Source: Candidatus Electronema sp. JM (GTDB lineage: Bacteria > Desulfobacterota > Desulfobulbia > Desulfobulbales > Desulfobulbaceae). From it: DNA of 64,000 nucleotides. Made by a program: the position numbers and the translations under genes. The notes beneath the pieces were generated by a model. That model ran no database searches and was not told where the DNA came from. It saw only the letters and a program-made list of their open reading frames with translations. Shown here in pieces: positions 31,201-39,495 of the stretch (the first letter of the stretch is position 1; each line of letters opens with the position of its first letter). Location: contig NZ_JBLWEN010000001.1 in NCBI RefSeq assembly GCF_048287415.1, forward strand, positions 88,790-152,789, in the 5' to 3' direction.

Positions 31201-31884
31201 CTCACCGACTTGGATCAAGCGCGGCTGGAGGAGGAGCAGGCCGGGCTGACGCTCGCCAGCCGCCGGACAGCGGAGCAGATCGGCTCGCTGACGCAGCGGC
31301 TTGCTGACAACCAGGAGCGGCGCGGCCAGCAGAGCGGCCTGCTCCGTGAGCTGGCGGCGCAGAAAACAGAATGCCTGCGCTGGAAAAGCCTGCATGACCT
31401 GATCGGCTCGGCGGACGGCAAAAAGTACCGCAACTTTGCTCAAGGACTGACCTTTGAGCAGATGGTGCTGCACTCCAACCGCGAGCTGGCCCGCATCCAC
31501 AGCCGCTATCTGCTCCTCCGCGATCCGCAGCAGCCGCTGGAGCTGAGTGTGGCTGATTTCGAGCAGGCGGGCGAAGTCCGCTCCGTCAAAAATCTTTCCG
31601 GCGGCGAGAGCTTCATGGTCAGCCTCGCTCTGGCCCTCGGTTTATCAAGCATGGTCGGCGGCAAGGTGGAATCCCTCTTTCTTGATGAGGGCTTCGGCAC
31701 CTTGGACGACGACGCGCTGGACTCCGCCTTGGCCCGGCTGGCCGAGCTGCGCGGCGAAGGGCGGCTGATCGGGGTGATCTCGCATGTGGCCGCGCTCAAG
31801 GAGCGGATTGCCTGCCAGATTGAGGCCCTGCCCGGCAGCGGCGGGCGGAGTGTGCTGAAAGGGCCGGGCGTGCGGCGGCTGTGA
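28273..31884 (+). CDS. sbcC: SbcC/Rad50-family ATPase with zinc hook. No sbcD is adjacent.
   Basis: There is an N-terminal Walker A (ITGPTGAGKTTILDALCLALYG). A 900-aa coiled coil carries a CxxC hook (GQPCPLCGSPEHPY). The C-terminus has the signature and Walker B / D-loop (LSGGESFMVSLALALGL...LFLDEGFGTLDD). Confidence 0.9.
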   Translation: MRILKLRLRNLNSLVGGWEIDFTHPAFADGIFAITGPTGAGKTTILDALCLALYGRTPRLDKVTKRGNEIMSRQSGECFAEVEFSVGKEARRCSWSQGRSRKKADGELQQPKRELSLLNGEILASSVSSVEQLVEECTGMDFDRFTRSMLLAQGGFAAFLQASPDERSPILEQITGSTIYSEISIRAHERWKRENDRQKQLEEQAAAFQLLSLEEEDVLRQELDRLRGEVRVQGDRLTQLDAALKWLKRLADLRQDVAAVSREQAGLAAAQEQFAASEQRLRLDGLALLVAGEHAALAARRKQQADDLSAAAILRRSLPELEAALKAADGRLVSSGDALAAAKAAQETGRVLITKVRELDFRLQEKRAALRKQDEACAELRRKNAADLAACGKLEQELRRVQDSQQQSAAYLAKHAADERLLTDLTGLGQQLKQLGELAWRHEDVRLAAALAEKTAAEAAQFWQGKAAARRKADELLAEVQEARAAADNEFAQLLQGRRAEELWHEQNALITLTKLLAQADMLAKERADLHEQQVANSVAKQVLAETLRTLRQHCNAARQEEEVRRIEADFAKRVLSLEEQRARLQAGQPCPLCGSPEHPYAQGGLPLLHQAELAAQAAAAALRQAEEALNKADKEQARLDQAAQHLDERLTEKNTAMQALQQQTANCCAELALVPEQQLSEIEQRLHENRQTVQAAEALTKKISQLGKTLEQRQAACIQTAQDESKAAAARDKAQEARQRLAEEERNLAEDVAVKLRAAQTELAVYGCAEFSLREIDQTAIALTTRRDTWQRHQQQRIAAEQKIAGLDTDVKVLRAGIEQRNRQLEHEEPLLQAGRQEAERLAAERAALFADKQPEAEEKRLAEAVKAAEQAVEQAQAAQQRQEKTLHQQHALISSRERAAADRMPELARQEAAFAERLRAGGFADEAAWQTAQLAEAERAALRRQAEELRDRRTQLDERRRDREARLAEEEQLALTDLDQARLEEEQAGLTLASRRTAEQIGSLTQRLADNQERRGQQSGLLRELAAQKTECLRWKSLHDLIGSADGKKYRNFAQGLTFEQMVLHSNRELARIHSRYLLLRDPQQPLELSVADFEQAGEVRSVKNLSGGESFMVSLALALGLSSMVGGKVESLFLDEGFGTLDDDALDSALARLAELRGEGRLIGVISHVAALKERIACQIEALPGSGGRSVLKGPGVRRL

Positions 31885-32000
31885 AAGCCTGCCCGGCACT
31901 TCTTTCTTGACAAATGCGGCCCGCCGAAATAAAGTCGGTGTTTATGACCTGTTGCGTAACTGCCCTGCGTTGAGGAGCCGCAAAGCATGTGCTTGATGTA

Positions 32001-32022
32001 GGGGCGAAAAATTTTTCGCCCC
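32001..32022. repeat. Copy 1 of a 22-bp perfect-palindrome hairpin element, GGGGCGAAAAATTTTTCGCCCC
   Basis: An exact palindrome is seen with flank tgta...tgctgc. The same element recurs at 60482 and, degenerate and inverted, at about 63749. Confidence 0.85.
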
Positions 32023-32120
32023 TGCTGCTTATGCAAGAGGTCTGCTGACTGAGGATAAGTTTGCAACAAAACTGGCGGGAACATCCTGCCAAACAAGAAC
32101 TGACATCGGGAGGAGCGGAA

Positions 32121-32246
32121 AATGGGAGATAAAGGCGGCAAGAAGGATAAAGAAAAGAACAAGAAGCAGCAGGCCCAGAAGCATGACCAGAAGGGCAAGG
32201 CTGCGCCCGCCGCGCAGGAAAAGCCGCCGAAGAAGGCGGAGAAGTA
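32121..32246 (+). CDS. 41-aa lysine-rich basic peptide (MGDKGGKKDKEKNKKQQAQKHDQKGKAAPAAQEKPPKKAEK)
   Basis: An ATG is preceded by GGGAGGAGCGGAAA. The composition is very biased. It is below the ORF-track length cutoff, so the call relies on RBS and ORF only. Confidence 0.35.
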
Positions 32247-32291
32247 GGAGGACAGCTCCCGCCGAGCTGCTGTCTGCGGCTTGGCGGGAGA

Positions 32292-32900
32292 TTGAATCGG
32301 GCAATGATGAAGGACTGCAATGCGATGAAACGGCCAGCAGTTTTTCTTGATCGTGACGGCACCATCAACGAGCAGATGGGCTATGTCAATCATATCAGCC
32401 GCTTTGTCCTTTTGCCCGGCGTGGCGCAGGCAATCCGCAGGCTGAACGAGCATGACATTCCGGCGGTGGTGGTGACAAATCAGTCCGGGCTGGCGCGGGG
32501 CTATTTTCCCGCCTCCCTGCTGGATGAGGTTCACGCGGAGCTGGTGCGGCTGCTGGCAGCGGAAGGGGCGCGGCTGGATGGCATTTATGTTTGTCCGCAT
32601 CACCCGGAGGCGAAAGTGGAGCAGTACCGCCAAGCCTGCCGCTGCCGCAAACCGCAGACCGGGCTGCTGGAGCAGGCCGCCGCCGAGCTTGATCTGGACC
32701 TTGCCCGCTCGTTCATGGTCGGTGACCGCTGGTCAGATTTGGAATGCGGAGTCCGGGCTGGCGCGGCGCCGGTGCTGGTGCTGACGGGCTATGGACGCGG
32801 CGAGCTGGAGTTTATCGGGCCACACAAAAAAATCCAGCCCGCGCTGGTCGCAGCTAATCTGTTGGATGCGGTGGAACAGATTATTCGGCTGAATACTTAG
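32292..32900 (+). CDS. gmhB: HAD-IIIA phosphatase, D,D-heptose 1,7-bisphosphate phosphatase-like (GmhB / histidinol-phosphatase family)
   Basis: Motif I is DRDGT (VFLDRDGTIN). The gene also has NQSG and GDRWSD motifs and a CxHx...CxC zinc site (CPHH...CRCRKP). The real start may be the internal MKRPAVF. Confidence 0.75.
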   Translation: MNRAMMKDCNAMKRPAVFLDRDGTINEQMGYVNHISRFVLLPGVAQAIRRLNEHDIPAVVVTNQSGLARGYFPASLLDEVHAELVRLLAAEGARLDGIYVCPHHPEAKVEQYRQACRCRKPQTGLLEQAAAELDLDLARSFMVGDRWSDLECGVRAGAAPVLVLTGYGRGELEFIGPHKKIQPALVAANLLDAVEQIIRLNT

Positions 32901-33006
32901 TTTCCAAAAAAAATCGGCATGTTGCACAGGACACTTCCTTTCGGAAGGACATATCCTGCTAATTCCTCTGCACACTGGTGAGGAGGATGGAACATGGATA
33001 GTGAGC

Positions 33007-35025
33007 TTACAGGCCGCGAACTGGCGGCAAGGAAAGGGCAAGCCGGAAGCCCAAGTCGTCGCTGCGGTTGTCCGGCGAGTACCAGTAGCGGAACGCCGCC
33101 CGCACGAACAAGGGTGAGTCGCCCCAGCTACCGCCGCGAAACACGCGGCTCGAGCCTTTCTCAGGGCCAATCGGATTGCCCTTAGGACTGACAGCGTAAT
33201 AACCACTGTTGTACCAATCCGCGCACCACTCCCAGACATTGCCGTGCATGTCGTGAAGGCCCCAAGCGTTGGCCTTCTTTTCACCAACTGGATGGGTTGT
33301 ATTGCCGGAATTTTTGCCGTACCAAGCATAGTCCTGAAGCTGCGCCTCATCATCACCAAAGCACCAAGCCGACTCACTGCCTGCCCGGCAGGCATATTCC
33401 CACTCCGCTTCGGTGGGGAGGCGATAGGTGTGACCTGTTTCCTGACTCAGCCATTGACAGTAGGCAACCGCATCGTCCCAGCTTACATTGATCACCGACC
33501 GCTGCCCTCTGCCCCAGCCCCTGTTTTCTTTACCTGTGGCCTCACAGAAAACATCGTACTCGGCAAAGGTGACTGGATAGCGGCCAATGGCAAAGCTGTC
33601 CAGTTCCACCTCATGCACCGGTCGTGCATCGTCACTGCCATTGCCCTGAATATCTCCCATGCGGAAACGACCGCCGCGTATAAGCATCATCTTTATTCCG
33701 AGTCCACCGCCAAAAGACTCCGGCAAAAGACAAGGTAAGGCAATCTGATCAACGTGCCTGAATATCCCATCAGCAAGATCAACAAAGCGCACGAGCTGAT
33801 CCGTGGCCCGCAGCGGTGTTTGTTCAGCCAACTGCTTCTGCACGATGCCCCAAGCTAAGAGGAACTCCTGCACCGTGTAATGGCTGAAGCGGAAGGCGCG
33901 GTCAGAGTTGCGGTTGAGCAAAGATCGTCCGCCCAGCTCGAACTGCTCCAGCCAGGCTATGTTCGCGTCCGCACGGATGAGCTGCTTCAGCTCATCCTCT
34001 GAGAGTACCCGCGTGCCCTGCCGCTGCATCCGCTCCGCAATCCGCAGGCAGGCCAGAAAGAGTTCCTTGCGCTCAGGCACCTGCTCGCCTTGATGCTGCT
34101 CCCGCAGCTTGCGCACTTCCCGGTCAAGCCATTCCTCCACCGTGTAGGTGTTCCAGTCTTGGCGGCGGCAGTCCTTGGCCAGCAGCTTGTCAATATGCTG
34201 AAGGAGCATGGGCCGCATCCGCAAATCCTGCATGTGCTTGAGCAGACAGTCCGCCTTGGCCCGCTCATCCCTGATCTTCCCAGCCTGAAAGCACAGACGA
34301 TGGTGCCAATGCAAGGGCAGCTTGCGCTCAATGAAGTCCTGCACTTGGGCATCGGTGAAGGGGGAAAGATACAGCACCGGGCAGTGATAGCCGGACAGCA
34401 CCCTGATCTCCGGGCGGCCAAAGCGGTCTGGCTCCATCTCCGGGAAGAACTGCGTCCGGCTGGAGATGAGCACCCGGCGGAAATCCTCGCTGGCGCGCAG
34501 CAGCTCCAGCAGGCGGTCGCGGATGCGCTTCCATGCCTGCGGGTCTTCGTCCAAGGCATCGAGCAGCAGGACGGTCCCGCCCTTGTTCGGCAGAGCCTGC
34601 ACGCGCTCCAAGGTGTCTTTCCCCAGCTTGAACAGGGCGCAGCCATGCCCCTTGGGCCAGAAGCTGGTCAGGTGCATGAGCTTGATCATCAGCAGCAGCG
34701 AGGTCTTGCCCATCCCAGCATCAGAGAGGATGAACATCTGGTGGCGGCCATCCTTCTCCAAAGGCAGACCGCCCTGAAAGAACTCGTTGATCCGCTCAAA
34801 GGCAGGCTGCCGGGCCGCAGAGAGCAGGTCGTCCTGCTGCACATCCGCCGGGTTGCGGTCTTGCAGGAACGGCTCAATGTAGAGGCCGCGCAGGGTTTCA
34901 GGATCAACGAACTCGTCCCGCAGACGGTCAAGCTCCTGCTTCCGCTCGCCGGTCAGTTGCGTGAGCCGCTTCCAAAGATCCTTAATCCACGCTGGCTTGA
35001 CAAAGCTCAGGACTTCCAAGGCCAT
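33007..35025 (-). CDS. STAND NTPase with an N-terminal NACHT-like P-loop domain fused to a C-terminal formylglycine-generating-enzyme (FGE-sulfatase/SUMF1) fold
   Basis: Walker A is LSDAGMGKTSLLLM and Walker B is VLLLDALDED. The C-terminal approximately 250 aa have FGE hallmarks (RGGRFRMGD...RPVHEVELDSFAIGRYPVT..EY, WDDAVAYCQWLS, RLPTEAEWEYACRAG, HGNVWEWC, RGGSW). Confidence 0.8.
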   Translation of the reverse strand: MALEVLSFVKPAWIKDLWKRLTQLTGERKQELDRLRDEFVDPETLRGLYIEPFLQDRNPADVQQDDLLSAARQPAFERINEFFQGGLPLEKDGRHQMFILSDAGMGKTSLLLMIKLMHLTSFWPKGHGCALFKLGKDTLERVQALPNKGGTVLLLDALDEDPQAWKRIRDRLLELLRASEDFRRVLISSRTQFFPEMEPDRFGRPEIRVLSGYHCPVLYLSPFTDAQVQDFIERKLPLHWHHRLCFQAGKIRDERAKADCLLKHMQDLRMRPMLLQHIDKLLAKDCRRQDWNTYTVEEWLDREVRKLREQHQGEQVPERKELFLACLRIAERMQRQGTRVLSEDELKQLIRADANIAWLEQFELGGRSLLNRNSDRAFRFSHYTVQEFLLAWGIVQKQLAEQTPLRATDQLVRFVDLADGIFRHVDQIALPCLLPESFGGGLGIKMMLIRGGRFRMGDIQGNGSDDARPVHEVELDSFAIGRYPVTFAEYDVFCEATGKENRGWGRGQRSVINVSWDDAVAYCQWLSQETGHTYRLPTEAEWEYACRAGSESAWCFGDDEAQLQDYAWYGKNSGNTTHPVGEKKANAWGLHDMHGNVWEWCADWYNSGYYAVSPKGNPIGPEKGSSRVFRGGSWGDSPLFVRAAFRYWYSPDNRSDDLGFRLALSLPPVRGL

Positions 35026-35193
35026 GCTTCCCTCCTTTTTTACTGTTCCTCACCTGCACGACTGTAAATCAGTTCCCAGCCGCAAGCAAGCCGAAAAGCC
35101 CTCTTCGCCTGCCGCAGTTGCAAATTGGCGGCAAGCTGCGTAATATGCTGCGGATGACAATTCTCTCCCGTAACCGCAGCAGACAAGGCCAGC

Positions 35194-38100
35194 ATGAATA
35201 CTACCCAGCCGCCGCCCATCGCCTCCAAGGCTCTTGAAGCCAACTTCCAGCAGACCGCCAGTGCCGTTGCAATTTCTCCCCGCTACGCCCCGCTGCGGGA
35301 GGCCGTGGCCCGCTATCAGGGCTTGTCCGCCCGGCTGGAGCACCTGCTCTACGAAATCAGCCACCCGTTCCGCAACTGGCAGCTCATCATCGCCGAGCTG
35401 CGGCCCTTTGTCCTCAAGAATCTCAATCATTACCTCAGCCATGCGCAGGGGCCGGACTGCTTCGCCCTCTTCAGCTCGATCTTCCTGGACGCGCTGAAGG
35501 ACTCGCGCAAAAACAGCAAGGTCATCGCCCTGACCATGGAGGCCATGCTCGCCTATGCGGACAAAGTCGTCGCCTCGCTCAAGCCGGACATGCTGCCGCT
35601 CTACGGCCCGCAGCTCAACGCTTTTTTCGAGCAGCTCGCCCGCTTGGACGAGATAGACAGCAGCCTGATGGCGCACATGGTGCAGGGCCATCATCCGATG
35701 AAGAAGATGGCGGCCCAGCTCATCAGCCTGAGCCGCAGCGCGGGCGCGGAAACCTTCTCCTGCGCTGCGGCGGCCAAGCTGCTGCGGAAAATCCTCGAAA
35801 TCAACTATGCCTGCTGGCTGGGCGAAGAGGATCCGCAGCCTTGGTTCGAGTCGCAGTGCGGCGGCGGCAGCTGCTGCGGTCAGGCCGGAACCGACTTGGC
35901 GGCGATCTCTCACAGCCGGATGCGCGAGCATCTGACCGCGCTGGAGCAGATCAGCATTGACGAGGATCCGCAGGAGGCCCTCAGCCGCATCTTGGAGCTG
36001 CCCGCGCATATCGACATCGTCCGCCTCTACCGGGAAATCCCCGGCAAATTAGGCGAACATGCTGCGGACACCGACCCGGCGGCGGTGGAGAACCGGAAGC
36101 TCTTCTTCCTCTTCCGCATCATGGAGACCTCCGGCCTCTCGCTCATTCATGAGGAAACCCTGCGCGAGATCAACCGTTCTTTGGTGCAGCTCATCCGCCG
36201 TCAGAGCTTTGACGAGATTGCCGAGTTTTTCACCACCGCCTTTCACTTGCTCAAGGCCAATGTGCGCAAATATCCGCACACTTCGCTGCAATGTATTCAG
36301 GTCATCGGCGGTGAAGTCTTCCAGCGCGGCAACTCGCGTTTAGTTGAAGCCTTCCTCTTCGAGACCGTGCGCTTCGGCTTCCAGCACGCCAATGTCATGG
36401 GCGTGGACGAGGACTGGCAGCCGATCAGCAACCCGGCGCATTTGGCCAACATCCGGGTCTGGCTGAACTTGATCATGCAGGAGCCGAAATGGTGCTCGAC
36501 GCTCTTCTCGGCCCTGATCATCAACCTGCGTCTCTCCGGCACCTGCGTCAAAGACACCGACCTCTTCCAGCGCGACATCACCCAGCTCCTCAATCATCCC
36601 ATCGGCCCGATCTATAACTTGGCCAAGCAGTTCAGCAAGCTGATGCCGGTCTTCTTCAATGAGATCGGCGCGGAAGGCGAGCTGCGCGATGTCTCCACCG
36701 AATTGGATGAACTGCACAAGCGGCACGACGTGCTCATTCATTTTCTCCGCAAGCAGTCGCACGTCGAGTCGTCGAACCTGATTGTCGGCTTCATCCGGGC
36801 CATCTACAGCTTCTGGCTGACCTTGGACAAGAAACCGCTGGCCGCCTATCTGCCGGAAGAAATCCTCAGTCAGGTGGCGAGCAGCGGCCCTTATGTGGAC
36901 GAGCTGCATCTGCTCGCTCAACAGGTGCGCGAGGAATTGGAATACAGCACAGTGGACGAGCTGCTGACCTGGGACGAGGCGGAGCGGAAAGACTGGCTGC
37001 TGCGCCAGAGCGACATTTCCGCTGGCGAGCGCAAACGCTTTGACCTGCTGGTGCGGATGTTCAAGCTGCTCCACCACAAATACAGCTTGGGCATGGATGA
37101 GCTGCGCGGTCAGCTCGAGCACGCGGTGCAGAACGGCTTCCCGGAAATGACCGAGCTGCTGGAGGTTTTGGAGCACGGCGACACCTGGACCTGCTTGGAC
37201 GCAGTGCTGACGCAATTAGAGCAGCTTAAAGAGACCATCCTCAGCGACAAGAAATTTGCGCCGAAGGAGGAAATTTACTACAAGCGGCACATCGCGGTGG
37301 ATATTCCTTCCGTCTATGGCCGCTATTCGGAGCGCAAATTTGACGCGCTCGGCCTGACCTTCCGCTTGGAGAGCCTGGCCAATATTTATTTGGAACGGCT
37401 GAACCGCTCGATCAATCTCGGCTTCATCACCCAAGCCACCTTCATCGGCATCGCCAAAAGCCTCAGCCTCTCTCTCCGCGCCCTGAAGATTGACGGCATC
37501 AGCAGCCGCCGCTTGGACACCTACACCAGCCTGCTCAACTCCTCGATCAGCATCAAACGCTTCACCTACACCCAGCACTTGGACATCTTCCGTGGGTTGT
37601 CAGAAGGGGTGAAGGATGTGATTTATGCCTATTACACCAATATTCATCAGAACAATCTCTCGGTCATCATTCCCCAGATCGGCGGCGAGAATCTGCTGAC
37701 CAAAAACCGGACGCTCTGGGACGAGAAGGACATGTCCTCGACCGTGCACCGCCTTTCCGAGTCCTTCTTCCGCGACCTGATCGCAGCCACCTTCGGCCTC
37801 CAGCATTTGGACAACTTCATCACCCGCATCATCCACACGCTGGAGGCGCAGCGCGACATTCTCGACGAGCAGACCCTCGACCTGCTCATGACCTACAACC
37901 CGGAAATCGCCATCTCCTCGCTCTACAACGAGAATCCGCTCACGCACAACCTGATTCATCTCGGCAACAAGGGCTTCAACCTCATGCTCTTGGCCAACGA
38001 CGGCAAGCCGGTGCCGCCCGCCTTCATCATCACCACTGAAATATTCCGCTGCTGGCAGGCGGTGCAGGGCTTCACCAAGGCGCGGGAGGAGTTTATGCAG

Positions 38101-39444
38101 CGGCTGCACACCTCCATCACCGGCTTGGAGGAGCGCACAGGCCGCCGCTTCGGCTCGCCGGAAAACCCGCTGCTGCTTTCGGTGCGTTCCGGCGCGGCGA
38201 TTTCCATGCCCGGCATGATGACTACGATCCACAACGTCGGCCTGAACGAGGATTTGCTGGAGGAGCTGTGCGTCAAGCACCCGGAGCAGGAGTATTTTCT
38301 CTGGGACACCTACCGCCGCTTCCTGCAATCTTGGGCGATGGGCGAAGGCATGGGCCGCGAGGAGTTCGGCGCGCTGATGAACGCGCACAAGAAACGCTAC
38401 GGCAAGCGGCTGAAACGCGAATTCAGCCCGGCGCAGATGCGCGAGCTGGCTCTTGAATACCGCAACGCCATGCGGCGGCACGGATGCAGCGCGCCGGAAG
38501 ATCCTTGGCTTCAGCTGGTGCGGGCGGTGGAGATGGTGCTGGATTCGTGGAGCACCCATAAAGCCCGCCAGTACCGCCACCTGATGGCCGTCTCCGACGA
38601 CTGGGGCACAGCAGTGATTGTCCAGACGATGGTCTATGGCAACCGCAATCAGCAGTCCGGCAGCGGCGTGCTCTTCACCGCCCATCCCTACCGCAAGGTG
38701 CGGCGGGTCGCGCTCTGGGGCGATTACGCCTCCGGTGATCAGGGCGAGGACATCGTCTCCGGCCTTGTCACCAGCTATCCGATCTCGGTCGAGCAGGCGG
38801 AGCTGGACGGGCGTTCGGTCGAGCAGAGCCTCGAACGCCGCTTCCCGGAGATCTACGAGCAGCTCCTCAGCATCTCCCGCGACTTGGTGTACACTAAAGA
38901 ATGGAACCCGCAGGAGATTGAGTTCACCTTTGAAAGCCCTGACCCGGACGATCTCTACGTGCTCCAGACCCGCGACATGATCACCATCAAGAAGAAGGAG
39001 CATTTCCGGGTCTTCGAGGAAAGCGAGGCGCAGCAGGCGGCGGTGCTCGGCAAGGGCATCGGCGTGAGCGGCTCCGCCATCTCCGGCCTGGCTGTCTTCA
39101 CCGACGAAAACATCCGCCAGCTCCGCCACGAGCAGCCGGACATGCCGCTCATCCTCCTCCGCCAGGACACGGTGCCGGAGGACATCCGGGAAATCTCCAT
39201 GTGCGACGGCCTGCTCACCGCGCGCGGCGGCCAGACCTCGCACGCTTCCGTGGTCGCAACGCGCTTGGAGAAAACCTGTGTGGTCGGCTGCCGCGACTTG
39301 CAGGTCTTCGAGGACAAGGAGCAGGCGGCCATCAACGGCCTTGTGATAAAATTCGGCGACCCGGTCTCCATTGACGGGCGCAGCGGCCTCTTCCTGCGCG
39401 GCATCCATCCGACGCGAGAAGAGGTGCATATTTTGCCGCTGTAG
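35194..39444 (+). CDS. Giant 1416-aa protein. An unknown approximately 900-aa N-terminal region is followed by PPDK-type ATP-grasp (PPDK_N) and PEP-utilizing phosphohistidine (swivel) domains. It lacks a PEP/pyruvate-binding TIM barrel.
   Basis: The C-terminal third reads LGNKGFNLMLLANDGKPVPPAFIITTEIF...NPLLLSVRSGAAISMPGMM...HLMAVSDDWGTAVIVQTMVYGN...RGGQTSHASVVATRLEKTCVVGC, the conserved His motif. The ORF ends 60 aa later. The N-terminal 900 aa have no motif I recognise. Confidence 0.75.
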   Translation: MNTTQPPPIASKALEANFQQTASAVAISPRYAPLREAVARYQGLSARLEHLLYEISHPFRNWQLIIAELRPFVLKNLNHYLSHAQGPDCFALFSSIFLDALKDSRKNSKVIALTMEAMLAYADKVVASLKPDMLPLYGPQLNAFFEQLARLDEIDSSLMAHMVQGHHPMKKMAAQLISLSRSAGAETFSCAAAAKLLRKILEINYACWLGEEDPQPWFESQCGGGSCCGQAGTDLAAISHSRMREHLTALEQISIDEDPQEALSRILELPAHIDIVRLYREIPGKLGEHAADTDPAAVENRKLFFLFRIMETSGLSLIHEETLREINRSLVQLIRRQSFDEIAEFFTTAFHLLKANVRKYPHTSLQCIQVIGGEVFQRGNSRLVEAFLFETVRFGFQHANVMGVDEDWQPISNPAHLANIRVWLNLIMQEPKWCSTLFSALIINLRLSGTCVKDTDLFQRDITQLLNHPIGPIYNLAKQFSKLMPVFFNEIGAEGELRDVSTELDELHKRHDVLIHFLRKQSHVESSNLIVGFIRAIYSFWLTLDKKPLAAYLPEEILSQVASSGPYVDELHLLAQQVREELEYSTVDELLTWDEAERKDWLLRQSDISAGERKRFDLLVRMFKLLHHKYSLGMDELRGQLEHAVQNGFPEMTELLEVLEHGDTWTCLDAVLTQLEQLKETILSDKKFAPKEEIYYKRHIAVDIPSVYGRYSERKFDALGLTFRLESLANIYLERLNRSINLGFITQATFIGIAKSLSLSLRALKIDGISSRRLDTYTSLLNSSISIKRFTYTQHLDIFRGLSEGVKDVIYAYYTNIHQNNLSVIIPQIGGENLLTKNRTLWDEKDMSSTVHRLSESFFRDLIAATFGLQHLDNFITRIIHTLEAQRDILDEQTLDLLMTYNPEIAISSLYNENPLTHNLIHLGNKGFNLMLLANDGKPVPPAFIITTEIFRCWQAVQGFTKAREEFMQRLHTSITGLEERTGRRFGSPENPLLLSVRSGAAISMPGMMTTIHNVGLNEDLLEELCVKHPEQEYFLWDTYRRFLQSWAMGEGMGREEFGALMNAHKKRYGKRLKREFSPAQMRELALEYRNAMRRHGCSAPEDPWLQLVRAVEMVLDSWSTHKARQYRHLMAVSDDWGTAVIVQTMVYGNRNQQSGSGVLFTAHPYRKVRRVALWGDYASGDQGEDIVSGLVTSYPISVEQAELDGRSVEQSLERRFPEIYEQLLSISRDLVYTKEWNPQEIEFTFESPDPDDLYVLQTRDMITIKKKEHFRVFEESEAQQAAVLGKGIGVSGSAISGLAVFTDENIRQLRHEQPDMPLILLRQDTVPEDIREISMCDGLLTARGGQTSHASVVATRLEKTCVVGCRDLQVFEDKEQAAINGLVIKFGDPVSIDGRSGLFLRGIHPTREEVHILPL

Positions 39445-39495
39445 CTGATGGCGAAAAAGGGGCGAAGAAAATCGCCCCAGTAGAATCAGCGCAAA

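Noticed and set aside
340-31500. Dozens of 60-200-aa ORFs on the opposite strand of, or nested within, large GC-rich genes. Examples are 311..1105, 340..879, 15206..15514, 16153..17739, 25124..26251 and the many ORFs inside sbcC.
   Set aside because: These are typical spurious antisense or alternative-frame ORFs of high-GC DNA. Their products are Arg/Ala/Pro-rich and low-complexity, and the overlapping genes have clear family motifs.
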